Assembly (NCBI GenBank): GCA_051313645.2
Contig: JBNRSN020000008.1
Location: 38,440,001 to 38,504,000 of the forward strand
From: Centroscyllium fabricii
Taxonomy: Eukaryota
DNA: 64,000 bases
Direction: 5' to 3'
Part shown: piece after piece, positions 10,631-22,941 of the stretch
Position numbering within the stretch: position 1 is the first letter of the stretch
Layout of the letters: each line of letters starts with the position of its first letter
The notes under the pieces: model-generated
What the model was told of the DNA's origin: nothing
Database searches by the model: none
The model's input: only the letters and a program-made list of their open reading frames with translations
Translations under genes and position numbers: made by a program

Positions 10631-11867
10631 ATACAGAGAGTGCAGGGGGAAATTGAAAAGGGATACAAGAAGGGCAAAGAGAGAGTATGAGAAAAGATTA
10701 GCAGGTAACATCAAAGGGAACCCAAAAATATTGTATAAACATATAAAAACAAAAAGGAGAATTAACGAAATAGTGGGGCCAATTAGGGACAAAAAAAGGG
10801 AAATCTTCTTGTGGCTGAAGTATTGAATGAGTACTTTGCATCCGTCTTCACGAAAGAAGAAGATGAAGTTAAAGTCACAGTAGAGGAGGGGGAGTAGAGA
10901 TATTGGAAAGGATACAAATAGATAGAAAGGAGCTGCTAAAAAGGTTGCCAACACTCAAAGTTAACAAGTCACCCGGTCCGGATGGGATGCTGAGGGACGC
11001 TCTGACCACAATTTTTCAATCCTTCTTTAATATGGGAGTGGAGCCAGGGGACTGAAGGATTGCAAATATTGCACCCCTGTTCAAAAAGGGAGAGAAGGAT
11101 AAACCTGGTAACTACAGGCCAATCAGTGGCGGGAAAACTATTGGAGACCATTGTCAAGAACAAAATTAATTCTCACTTGGAGAAGCATGGGTTTATAAGG
11201 GACAGCCAGCATGGATTTGTTAAAGGCAAATCATGCCTGACTAATCTCACTGAGTTCTTTGATGAAGTAACAGAGAGGGTTGTTGAAAGCAACGCAGTAG
11301 ATATATATATGGACTTTCAAAAGACATTTAATAACGAACCATATAACAGACTTATTCAGAAAATAGAAGCACGTGGTATTAAAGGGACATCGGTAACTTG
11401 GGTACGGAATTGGCTAAGGGATAGGAGGCAGAGAATAGTGGTGAATAGATGTTTATCTGACTGAAGAGAAATATGCATTGGGCCCCCCCTCCCCAAGGAA
11501 ATTGAATAAAAAGCCTCCACCAAGAAGAAAGTGCTTGGGACTCCAGAAACATAGTTCATGTGGTCATTCTGAAACCACGAAAAGTTGTGTAATGTTAAGT
11601 TGGACTGCACGTGGAATACAGGGATCATATCCCGCACCGAGTGTTAGGACTATTGCTTTTCTTGGTATATATAAATGACCTGGACTTTGGTATAGAGAGT
11701 ACAATTTCAAAGTTTGCAGATGATACAAAACTTGGCAACGTAGTAAATAGTGAGCATGCTAATAGCAAACTTCAGGAGGACATAGACAGGCTGGTGAAAT
11801 GGGCGAACACATGACAGATGCAATTTAATGCGGGTAAGTGTGAAGTGATGCACTTTGGGAGAAACAT

Positions 11868-12713
11868 GGGGGGTAATTTTGACGGAAGGGCGGGAACCTG
11901 GCGGGGATTGGTCTGGGCGGCTTCCGGTCCCGCCCACCCAAACAGCTGGGAAGGCCACGCAACTTTAGTTTAATTAGGTCGTAAAATCCCCGTTGGCGGC
12001 AGCGGGAGGTAATTAGGTCAATCGAGTCGGGCTGCAGCGGAGCTGCGAGCACTTTGATTGACAGTTCCAGCACTGGTTGTTGTCAGTTCCCGTGGAAACA
12101 CTCCACTGTGACATCACAGTGGAGTAGAGCCAATGGGAAAGGCCAAGTGCTGGTGACTGACAGGTGGGTGGGCGGGCTTAGAATCCCTCACAACGTGCAG
12201 CGACTGTGAGGCACTGTTCAGAGCTGAGATTGCTCAGTTTCTGCTAACAGCTGCTGCTTAAGCCAGAACAGAGTTACTTACTTCTCTAAGGTGCTGGAGG
12301 CATGCTAAGCATTTGGCAGCATATCCTTCACACCTTTAAGGAGAAAGTAATGAATTCAAGAAGTCACACAACACCAGGTTATAGTCCAAAAGTTATAACC
12401 AGTGCTGTGCTCCCACTGGGTTTCACCCAGCGGGGTTTAAGGTGGCGGGGTTAGGGCGGAAAACAGTGCAAAATGGCTGAGGGCCCTTAAAATGGCATTA
12501 AAGATGCCAATTAAGGGCCCTTAACGAGGTGACAACCCATCCCCACCGGTCGGCGGTGGGAAGGTTTCGGGGCAGGGAATCTGGGCGGGCAAAAATGTGA
12601 AAGCGGCGGGGATACGGCGGGGGTGGGGGGGGGGGTGGGACCTGCCGGTTGCGCTATTTTGCCGGCCGGGCCGCCGAAAACCCCGCCTCACGGGGACATG
12701 AAAATCACCCCCC
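11868..12713. mobile_element. Harbinger-like MITE (family B/C)
   Basis: TIR GGGGGGTAATTTT / AAAATCACCCCCC; CAT/ATG duplication; interrupts a CR1; homologous to 31338-32266. Confidence 0.75.
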
Positions 12714-13276
12714 ATGGAGAGGCAGCATAATCTAAACAGTGCTATTTTGAGGGGCGGGTGCAAGAACAGAGGGACCTGGGGCTGCATATTCACAAATCTT
12801 TGAAGGTGGCAGGGCAAGTTGATATGGTAGGTAAGAAAGCAAATGGGATACTTGGCTTTGTAAATAGGGGCATTGAATACAAAAACAAGGAAGTCATGCT
12901 AAACATTTACAAATCACTGGTTAGGCCTCAGCTGGTGTATTGTGTACAAATCTGGGCACCACACTTCAGGAAGGATGTCAAGGCCTTGGAGAGGGTGCGG
13001 AGGAGGTTTACCAGGATGATACCAGGGATAAGTTGCGTTATGTGGAGAAGCTGGGATTGTTCACCTTAGAGCAGAGAAGGTTAAGGGGTGACCTAATAGA
13101 GGTATTCAAAATTATGAGGGGTTTTGATAGAGCAAGTGGGGAGAAACTGTTTCCTCTGGCAAGTTGGTTGGAGGTCACATATTTAAAATAATTGGTAAAT
13201 GAACGAGAGGGGAAAAGAAGAGCAATATCTTCATGCAGAGGATGTTAAGCTCTGGAACGCATGACCTGAAAGAGTC

Positions 13277-13531
13277 ATAGAAACATAGAAACATAGAAGA
13301 TAGGAGCAGGAGTAGGCCATTCGGCCCTTCGAGCCTGCTCCGCCATTCAATGAGATCATGGCTGATCATCCAAACCCAGTACCCTGTCCCCATATCCGTC
13401 TCGAGCCTGCATCGACACATATCCCACCCTATCCCTGTAACCCCACATATTCAATCCCCCTAACACTAAGGGTCAATTTATCCTGGCCAATCAACCTAAC
13501 CCGCACATCTTTGGACTGTGGGAGGAAACCG
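13277..13531 (-). mobile_element. HE1-type SINE, 5' truncated
   Basis: Matches the 3' part of 8361-8796. Confidence 0.85.
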
Positions 13532-14250
13532 GATGGAATCAGATTCCGTAGGAACATTGGTTATATACTGGAAACTCTTTGGTATTCGGCACCGACGGGA
13601 CCGGATGATGGAGAGTGTTATTTACCGTGGCTATTTTTAACAAACAAAAATAAAAAAATCAAGTAATGAGCAGTATACAGTATACAGTAATCGGACTTCC
13701 GACAGCGCCAAGAAGTTGAGTAGTGGTAGTTTGGAGAACTACCCCCACTGACTAACTTGGCCACCGCGAGAGACTCCGACTCAGACTCAGCAACATTGCC
13801 GACTATTGAGGTGTTGTTTTCAGAGTATGAATTTTGCCAGTTGATAGAGAATTCCGGATATTTAGGTGCCGTTTAAACGAGAGTTTCCTGTACTTGAAGC
13901 GGACTAATTTACAGGGTTTTGGGGAAAACGCTGAGGTGTGGGACTACATTGGTCAGCTCTTTCAAAGAGCCAGCACTGGTGTGATGGGTCAAATGGCCTC
14001 CTCCTGTGCTGTAAGATTCTGTGATGCTGTGGCACGCTTCAGTTAATAGATGCCACATTAAGCAGGATTTCATGTCTAATTGAACTGCAATATTTTCATA
14101 CTTTGGTGATTAACACACGCATCATGCAATAATTAGGTGAGGTCATGCATTTTAATGTGTGTGGACTCTAAAGGTTTATATGTCGAAGCTGAGTCATTCT
14201 CACTCTGGAGAACAAGGCAAGAGAAACAGATCCTTTAGTGAATCTTTATA

Positions 14251-14862
14251 CGGGTTGAAGTTCATTAATCCGGCAGGGTCGGGACCAGCACCCTGCCGGA
14301 TTGTTGAAAACGCCAAATTATTGAAGTCACGGTGGCGCATGCGCAGAGCATTCAAAATGGCTGACGCGAAATTTTCAATGCTCTGCGCATGCGCTCGCCG
14401 GTACCTGGCAGTTGATTTTCGGCCCAAGGGTCGGGTGGAACTCGCACTCGATTCTGCTGCGGGTCAGGGAGCGGGCTGCACAGCTCCAGTGGGCTTGAGG
14501 CCCAATGCGTGGCTCAAGCCCGGCTCACGTGACTCCACCGCAAGCCAGCTTCGGAACGCGGTGACGTCAGCACGCAGCCAGGCAGGGGTCTCCGGCAGCG
14601 ATGGGCACCGAGAATTGTCTGTATCGCGTCCTGCGAAAGGCGGCTGGCACAACAGCTCATCTTCTGGGCCTGGGATTCACCATCGGCATCGGGGTGGTCA
14701 CTAAGCCGGGATCCAGTGAGTATATGTTAGGTGAAAGGGAAGCCCAGCCCCGACGGCGGCCATTTTGAATTGTCTGCGCATGCGCCGGGCAGTCGGGAAA
14801 ATCTGTGCCGAACGACTGAAGCTGCTGGTTTTTCGGGTGCTGGATTAATGAACTTCAATCTG
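14251..14862. mobile_element. Tc1/pogo-like MITE (TA target duplication)
   Basis: About 25-bp TIR CGGGTTGAAGTTCATTAATCCGGCA / TGCTGGATTAATGAACTTCAATCTG, TA on both sides. Confidence 0.85.
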
Positions 14863-15651
14863 TACAATACAAGCAACTCTCTTTTTTAACACTAAGAAAT
14901 ATCTGTATAAACCAGTCACAGTGAGACTGGGCTGCATTTTGGGGAGGTGGATTTTATTAAATTGGCGAAAAAAGAACAGAAAATTGGTGAAACTGAAAAA
15001 ATATACTGCATTAAAAATAATTTTATATATTTGTTAAACTGTAATTTTAAAGGGTGGCGCAGGTTTTGCTGGAGATTTTCCATCCTCCCTTCCTCACACA
15101 AGATAAATACTTCCCTCGCTCCCCTGTATTTTATTGCAGTGTTGTCCTGCAGCTCTGTGTGGCTCAATCCTGTACCATAGAGTTGTCAATCTCGGAAGTG
15201 TTGCTCCAGAGAAGCACCAGAGCACAGCCTGGGTTCATTTCTCATCTCGTTGGCAGGGAGGGCCGATTGACAGGAGAATCATATCGAGGCTGCTCCTCGA
15301 CACCTTCTAATGGCCTGCTCAGAGTCACAAATGCAGAGGTGGGGCTGCAGATATTCCTCTCAAATGTAGATGGTGCACGGCATCAAAATAACTTACAAAG
15401 AGGGAGTCATCCCTCAAACAAAAGCATGTAGGCAGCTCATTGCTACATTGCAGAATATGGCAGCCAGGTATGGGCAAAAGACGTACTTTCACTCCCTAGA
15501 GTGGGTGAGCTGTGGGATACACATACTGTAATCATTTTGAAAATTTAAGAAAGACTTGTATTTATATAGCACCTTTCATGACCACAGAGCATCCCAAAGT
15601 GCTTTAAAGTGTAGTCACTGTTGATTTATCACAAACCCTTATAAATACGTT

Positions 15652-16491
15652 GGGCCAGAAATTCCAGTGTGCCGGTTTGTGCGGGTGCAAGGACCCTGCG
15701 GACACCTATAGCACCGCACCACCATCTCACTTTTTTTACGTCCAGACCTTCCTCTTGGCTCCGCCCCGTTCCTGCACTGCCTGGCAGTCCAGCCACGCTA
15801 GGAGCGCAGTATATGCGCTGCCGTCGTGCGTGCGTGGCAGTGATGCCCCTCCCACAGATCCCTAATTTAAATAAAAAACGCCCCCTGCTTCACAGTCGGA
15901 CTTCTTAGAGAGCAGGGACGTGAGGCCGTTATTAGGACCACGCCCACTGCTGCACCCACAGACTCGGCAGTGAGCACTGCGGCCAGAGCAGCTTTTCAAT
16001 GTCGGTAAGTCTTAGCGATTTTTTCTCTTAGTTTTTTAAATTAAGGAAATAGTTAAAAATTTCTGAACTTTAAATTTAAAAATAAGCGATTTGGAATAGG
16101 TATAGCAATTGAAATTTGGAGTTTTAAATTAAAAAAAAAAAATTTAACAGCCAAATTTAATGATAGCGATCTGGCCACATTACTCCAAAAAATTGATAAA
16201 TACTTAAAATTAAAGTTAAAAAAGTCAATTACCTTGTTTAGTAAGGCACTGCTCTCCCTCACGTATGAGTTACTACTGCTTTTCTCCCGTGCAGCTCCAG
16301 GCCCAGTTGCCCACAGATGAACGCACAGAATCACACCCAAAAACATCGGGATTTTTGGGTGCAATTCTTTTGTGCGTTCCATGTTGAGGCCTCTTCTCCA
16401 TCAGCATCGGAAAGCTCCGATCCATGGGCGGGGCATATTGGCCCCCCTCCGTGCGGGTGCAGCTAGGCCCAGGCACCCGAATTTCTGGCCC
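15652..16491. mobile_element. Harbinger-like MITE (family D)
   Basis: Perfect 13-bp TIR GGGCCAGAAATTC / GAATTTCTGGCCC; GC-rich arms around an AT-rich core; relatives at 22942, 33466, 35151, 36249 and 63580. Confidence 0.8.
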
Positions 16492-16777
16492 AATGTATAT
16501 TTTTATTTTTTAGTAGCAAGCAAGTAGTAGGTCACACTTTGTATCCGAAACGAGTGAGCCTTACTGTAAATGAGTGAGCCTCGATAGGTCTGTTATATGA
16601 TCCAGATATTGGCAGTCAATTACCTTTTTTTTGATAATTGATTATTTTCATGACATAAAGTCATAAAGAAAGTGTAAGGACCTTGAATCTGCTTTCAATG
16701 GGAGCTGGATAGCCAATAACATTCTTCAATGTTACTCAGTCTCCCTCAATAATTCTTTTTATCATTTATTTTATTAG

Positions 16778-16854
16778 GAAGTCCAGTGGGAACTCTTCTT
16801 CCAGCCTCGGTGATATGGTGTCTGGTACGTGGCGCTCTCCCTCCCCTTCTGCAG
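16778..16854 (+). CDS. CACNB3: Voltage-gated Ca2+ channel beta subunit (CACNB3/CACNB4 clade), HOOK-region exon, 77 nt
   Basis: ttattag|G...GCAG|gtgaat; encodes KSSGNSSSSLGDMVSGTWRSPSPSA, matching the Cav-beta HOOK segment; phase fits the next exon. The paralog (beta-3 vs beta-4) is not certain. Confidence 0.9.
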
Positions 16855-17109
16855 GTGAATTTGTTCTTGCTATTTAATCACACCTGGAGTATTCGATTTG
16901 CAATTTCTCAACTGACTTTAACTCTGTGGGTATCACTGTGTGCACTACATTACAAAGTAAGTAAAACATTGAGGAGTTCAGAAACTGTAATAAACCAGGA
17001 AAGTGAAACTCAAGTGGTTTATCAGTGTATTCTGAACCCTAAGAACTCTTATATGTACATATAATGAGTCTCTTACTATTTTACCGAAATAAGATTACTG
17101 CTCAGTATA

Positions 17110-18092
17110 GGGAATGTGGTTGACATCGCTGCAGGAGTTTCTCAGGGCAGTGTACTAGGCCCAACCACCTTGAGCTGCTTCATCAATGACCTTCCCTCCA
17201 TCATAGGGTCAGAAGTGGGGATGTTCGCTGATGACTGCACAGTGTTCAGTGCCATTCGCAACTCCTCAGATAATGAAGCAGTCCATGCCCGCATGCAACA
17301 AGACCTGGACAACATTCAGGCTTGGTCAAGTGGCAAGTAACATTGGCGCCACGCAAGTGCCAGGCAATGACTATCTCCAACAAGCAGAAGTCTAACCACT
17401 GCTCCTTGACATTCAACGGCATTACCATCGCCGAATCCCCCACCATCAACGTCCTGGGGTGTCAGCATTGACCAGAAACTTAACTGGACCTACTACATAA
17501 ATACTGTGGCAGGCCAGAGGCTGGGTATTCTACAGCGAGTGTCTCACCTCCTGACTCCCCAAAGCCTTTCCACTATCTACAAGGTACAAGTCAGGAGTGT
17601 GATGGAATACACTCCACTTGCCTGGATGAGTGCAGCTCCAACAACACTCAAGAAGCTCGACACCATCCAGGACAAAGTGGCCTTCTTGATTGACACCTCA
17701 TCCACCACCTTAAACATTCACTCCCTCCACCACCGGCGCTCCATGGCGGCATCTAGAAGATGCACTGCAGCAACTTGCCACGGCTTCTTTGACAGCACCT
17801 CCCAAACCCACGACCTCTACCGGCTAGAAGGACAAGGGCAGTAGGCGCATGGGAACACCAGCACTTACAAGTCACACACCATCCTGACTTGGAAGTATAT
17901 CGCCATTCCTTCATCGTCGCTGGGTCAAAATCCTGGAACTCTTTCCCTAACAGCACTGTGGGAGTACCTTCATTGCACGGGCTGCAGCGGTTCAAGAAGG
18001 TGGCTCACCACCACCTTCTCAAGGGAAATTAGGGATGGGCAATAAATGCTGCCCTTGTCAGCGACGCCCACGCCCAGGAACAAATAAAAAAA
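17110..18092 (+). mobile_element. Non-LTR retrotransposon 3' fragment (CR1/L2 group, different family from the CR1s here)
   Basis: GVSQGSVLGP, FINDL, FADDCTV and YKVQVRSVMEY motifs; AATAAA and A-rich end; same family at 46070-46580 and 61755-61930. Confidence 0.85.
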
Positions 18093-18425
18093 GAGGAAGT
18101 ATATCCAGTCCAAAATGGATGCCAAGCCTGTCTGATTCAAACTGCAGTGTCATTGTACTCTGTATCTTGTATTCTTGCCATGTTTTATATCATTGAATTT
18201 GTTACTGAGAAATAGCAAACCCAATGAAAACATTCTGTGCATCATTTCTACAATATAATTATCAGCAATTATTATGTTGTGGATGTTATTTGAAATTATG
18301 CAGATTTTGACAGCTGGTATGACCTTTCTTATTCAACTACTTGAGATTTAATGCAACAGAATTTGCATGCAGTAATATCCAGGACCAGACCATTTGTTCT
18401 TTAAAATGTTCTTTTTCCATTGCAG

Positions 18426-18445
18426 CAAAACAGAAGCAAAAAGTG
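18426..18445 (+). CDS. CACNB3: Cav-beta 20-nt micro-exon (AKQKQKV)
   Basis: ttttccattgcag|CAAAACAGAAGCAAAAAGTG|gtgagt; the AKQKQKx micro-exon is typical of CACNB genes; frame joins both neighbours. Confidence 0.92.
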
Positions 18446-18556
18446 GTGAGTCTGTTTTCCATTCTTTTGACGGCTATCAACATGATCAGTAGACCTGCTT
18501 CAGTCACTGACTGTCAGGCTGTCACCAGCAGTGAGGCTGTGTGATAAATAGTGACA

Positions 18557-18733
18557 CAGGTTGTAAATCCATTGAAATAAAAAGAGCTAATGCGCGTTGT
18601 ACGGTAATCAGATTGTAACCCCATCGAAATAAAGAGAGCTGAATGCGTTATACAGTATCAGACTGTAAACCCATTAAATAAGGAGAGCTGAATGTGTGTT
18701 CTACAGCATCAGATTGTAAACATGTTGAAATGA
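18557..18733. repeat. About 50-bp tandem repeat, about 3.5 degenerate copies
   Basis: Unit resembles CAGATTGTAAACCCATTGAAATAAAGAGAGCTGAATGCGTTATACAGTAT. Confidence 0.8.
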
Positions 18734-18909
18734 ATGCAAACATCACAGACTTTTCAGAAAACCTTTAACTTTCTTTTGATAGAAGTTTTGTTTTCTGACC
18801 ATTTCCAAAATGCTTATTAGCAAAGGCCGGGTCATATTGACAGAAACTCAGAGATTAACAGGATCAAGAAAGACTATTGCCATCCATCTGGCAGTGTCTA
18901 GGAAATATA

Positions 18910-19580
18910 AGCCCCGATTTGAACTCGGGGTGGGAGTCGGGCGTATGGGGGGTCTGAGACGAGCGATGAACTGTCCTGACCTCGGCAGAGTGAGGCCCGG
19001 GAGATTTGAATTCCCAGGTCTCACCTGCATAGTCTCAGTCAGGTTCCTGGCCAAAACCGGTGGGAAGCAGTATAATGGGAGCGCAATGTTGCGTGGCAGG
19101 ATGCTGCCAATGGACAGAAGGGATGGTCCTCAGGACTCGGGTAAGTCTCGGAGAGAGGGTTCAGGAGAGCTTCGCCATCAGGGGAGGGGAGCAAACCAGA
19201 CATGGGAGGCATAAACTTCCTTGTGGGGCCTGGAAAAGCATTCCTGTTCCTCCGGGCCCCACGAGGAAAGTTAAAAAGTAAAACAACTTAACTTTTTGGA
19301 CCTCTTCTGCCCCGACTCCTCCTCCTTCTTGGTTGGCCTGGTGGGAGAGCCACAGCGGCATCCCTGCACAAACCTCTGGTTAAAATAGCAGTTGGGCCCT
19401 GATGACATCATCGGAGCCCGATCTGCATATTTAAAGAAGGACGTCACTGGTTTCAGGTGTCCTTCCCACCTGTTCAGAAGAGCAGGTTAAAATCGGAACC
19501 TGATGGAAGACGGCATGACCTCGGTGGGTATGTCCCATGGGCAAATATAACTGCCCGCCTACCCGACTAAAATCGTTGCT
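18910..19580. mobile_element. Old Harbinger-like MITE
   Basis: Imperfect TIR AGCCCCGATTT / AAATCGTTGCT; 3-bp flanks ATA/GTA; GC-rich body. Confidence 0.55.
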
Positions 19581-19637
19581 GTAATCTTAGAACAGCAGTG
19601 TTAGTTTTGTGTTACATTTTGTGGCTTTACAGAAGTA

Positions 19638-20174
19638 CAGGTTGAAGACCGTTAATCCGGTAACCGAAAAGCCGGCAGCTTCAGTCATCCGGCATAAATT
19701 GCCCTGACTGCCCTGCGCATGCGCAAAATGGCCGCCGCGAGTGATGCTTTGGTGAATGATCTGAGCATGCACCGGCGAACGGCGAGCGCATGCACAGATC
19801 ATTCAAAATGGCCGCCGGAAGTTTTGAATGATCTGCACATGCGCCGCCGAATGGCGAGCGCATGCGCAGACCATTCAAAACTTCCGGTGGCTATTTTGAA
19901 TGATCCGCGCATGCACTCGCCATTTGGCGGCACATGCGCAGACCATTCCAAACTTCTGGTGGCCATTTTGAATGATCTGTGCATGCGCTCACCGTTCGGC
20001 GGCGCATGCGCAGATCATTCAAAATTTTGCGGCGGCCATTTCCAATGTTCTGCGCAGGCGCACGGCCATTTTGAATGGTCTGCATGCGCACTGGACGCCT
20101 TCATTCTTCCGGCTTTTTCACTATACCAGCGCGGGCCTGGTCCCACCCATGCCGGATTAACGGTGTTCAACCTG
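19638..20174. mobile_element. Tc1/pogo-like MITE with an internal hairpin array
   Basis: TIR CAGGTTGAAGACCGTTAATCCGG / CCGGATTAACGGTGTTCAACCTG, TA TSD. Confidence 0.88.
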
Positions 20175-22941
20175 TACTGTTTTATGACCCACCAACACGC
20201 TATGAAAAGAACCAAAGAAAAAGGCATTAACCAGCAAAGAACAGATTAATATGACGATAACAGTGAGACACCAATCTGCAACTGATTAGTCTGATGCCAA
20301 ATCTACCTGGACTAGCACATAAGTTACTGCATTATGTGAGATTCTGGTGCAGCTAAGGTTATTCGTTTAACTAACTAATGGGTTCTGTGAAAATTAGATG
20401 CCAGATAAAACAGGCACAAAGTCAAATGACAGAAACATCAGTGACAAAATACAAGTTCCTGTGAATATAAGAGTTGCCCATAGGTTCATCCAAATAGAAT
20501 ATTTTGATCTGTAGTCGTGTTTCTTATTTACGACAACGTTGTTTCCATATTAATAGTTGCCCACGAAAGGAATATCTGTGAATTCTGATATATTTGGGGC
20601 GATCTGGCATGTGTGCTTGTGGCAGCGAGTATCAGTTGGCAGAATGTCTACTGGCCTGGGGCTGAATTTGTAGCCAGAATTTCTGCTTTCATGTTTATGC
20701 TGAATGTCTTCAAATTTTGCGCACGTGGCTGCATGTGTCAAGAAAAGGGGGTTGCAGTTTGAGGGTTTTATGGAACCATTTCTCTCAACCATTGAACAGT
20801 AGTGAAGGGAATTGGCAAGGTGGTTGGGGAACAACTCTTCCCTCTAGCAGGGGATTCACAGAATATGAGAACATAATCTTAAGATGCAAAATGGAGGCAG
20901 TTAAAAGCAACCCAGGAAAAAAAAACTTCACACACAAAGGCTTGTGAGGATGTGGTACAAACTGTCGCAGATGGCCCGCAGATGCAGAATCAATTGAGGG
21001 GAGAGGGATACTTGGGAAGTAAGAGATAGGGAGAAAGGGCAGGGAATTGGATTAAAAGGATCAAGAGGCTGCCTTGGAATGGAGGGCCTACTCCTGTTCT
21101 GACATTTCTAGATCCCTTAAGTGGACTCAGTCTCCCTTGATCTGGAAGCTGTACTTTTTCTGTAATCTGCTCTTTCACAGCTGCATATCCAGATGGCTAA
21201 TTACACAATCTGTGTTTTGACAATTGAGTTTAAAAAAAAATTAACAGATGGAAAATAGCGGGAGGGGTGCCTGTAGTTTCCCCAACATACTCTTCTAATG
21301 GGTGAGGCTCCACACTGGAAGCACACATTTGGAAAATCAGCCCTCTCGTCTCACTATTGCACTCACGTCAGAAATGGCAGACATTGCACTTGAGTAGGCA
21401 GATTACAATAACGAATATTTTTACAAATTAAATGCATGAGTCACAAAGGTTTGGCAAATATTTAACAGTGAAACTCTCAGAACAGTAGCATGTTCCCGCT
21501 TTTAACCCAATCAATTCCTTTGGAATCCGGTTTCAGTCAAACTTAAGAATGTTTATACTCATTTGTCAATAAGCACGTTAATTCAACAAAAGGCAGATGG
21601 CTGAATAAATAATTACGCAAGCATGCAACTTGATCAAATTCACACGTTATCCAGCAAAAACACATTTCAGTCTGAGTATCTCCCATTCCTGTCATATGTT
21701 TCCAGACAAATGATTTAATCAGCTCTATAACAAAAGATTAACAACTGTCGCCCATCAGCCCTTTCAGCATTCAGAGACTCGAGCTATTTACATCAAATGC
21801 AACAATAGACTTTTCAATCAAAATTTTTCCCAAAGTACCAGACACAAAACAATCAGAAAAAATTACAATTCAATTTAACCTCTTTTTTTCCCCCCCACTA
21901 TTTATTGCAGTTGATTGTTAGGAAAAGCATTTTGACTTAGCAATTGGAATATGCCAGAATCCTGGCATGATCCCGGTGCAACTAACGCACTGCGTGCGCC
22001 TAATGAGGCAAGATCACGTAAAATTGGTCTGCCGGGCTCATTAGGATATTACCGGTGAGGTGTGGGTGCCAGTCACGGCCCCAGCGACAGCTCGCCGGTC
22101 ATGGAGAGGAAGCGAGTTCGAAAACTTGCCAAAAACCTCAGTTGAACCCGGGAGGGTAGCAAGCGGTTTTAATGTGGAGCCGGGAGGAGTACTCCTGCTC
22201 CTCCTAACTCCACGTTAAGGTAAGTAAAGAAAAAATTCAAACTTACCTTTTGTATGGCAGCCTTTAAGGACCGCTGGTTTGGCTACTGTACGCCTGAAAA
22301 AAGCTGACGGCAGCACGCACGGCGCATGCTGCGGTCAGTCACTGATGAAGGGGCCCGAAAGAAGCATTAGGCCACCAATTTGCATAAGCAATGAGCCTAA
22401 CACCAGTTTCAGGCGGATGCAGGGCACCCCAACCAATAATATGGTATGTTGCGCACTTCCAGCGCAGAATAAGCGCAAGCACGCTGCGTGCCATATTGGG
22501 TCATATTCAGGCGCAAAACGGGTGCTGTGCAATTAAAATTGCAGGCGTTTGTTTCACAATTGAACCTGATGATGTAACGCAAAGGCTGCATCCAACAGTG
22601 TGAACAGAGTGTCAACACACACAGAGCAACTATTTTCTAATAGCGTCCTCCAGCAATCTAAAGGGGGATTTCCGAAATAATCACCTTTTTAAAGTAACTC
22701 TCCACGTGTCGTCTCCTGAAGGAATACCCTAGTGATAACTTAAAGGGCTTCCCTATGGTTCACTGTAACCATTCAATCGACCTGGTATTCAGGTCAACCC
22801 CGGTCAATGTATTCTATTGGGAAACTTTGCTGGATATCAGGCAATTAGTCTGTCGCAATCCACAGAAGAGCTACTTTGGCAGGTGAGTATTCTTAACAAG
22901 ACCCATTTGAACGTTGTGGGGAACATAGAGGTAAACATAAT

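Larger units (their letters stand above)
9880..13270 (+). mobile_element. CR1 LINE ORF2, degenerate, with several nested insertions
   Basis: QHGFVKGKSCLTNL, FADDTKL, YKSLVRPQL and LFTLEQRRLRGDLI motifs in order. Confidence 0.88.

Noticed and set aside
15054-15431. 125-aa ORF with a plausible acceptor as an extra CACNB exon
   Set aside because: No similarity to the Cav-beta SH3 exon expected upstream, a weak donor, and no supporting motif.
19700-20095. CRISPR-like repeat/spacer appearance (also 4706-5010 and 18557-18733)
   Set aside because: The spacers are themselves repeated, the arrays lie inside a MITE, Gag or an intron, there are no cas genes, and the context is eukaryotic.
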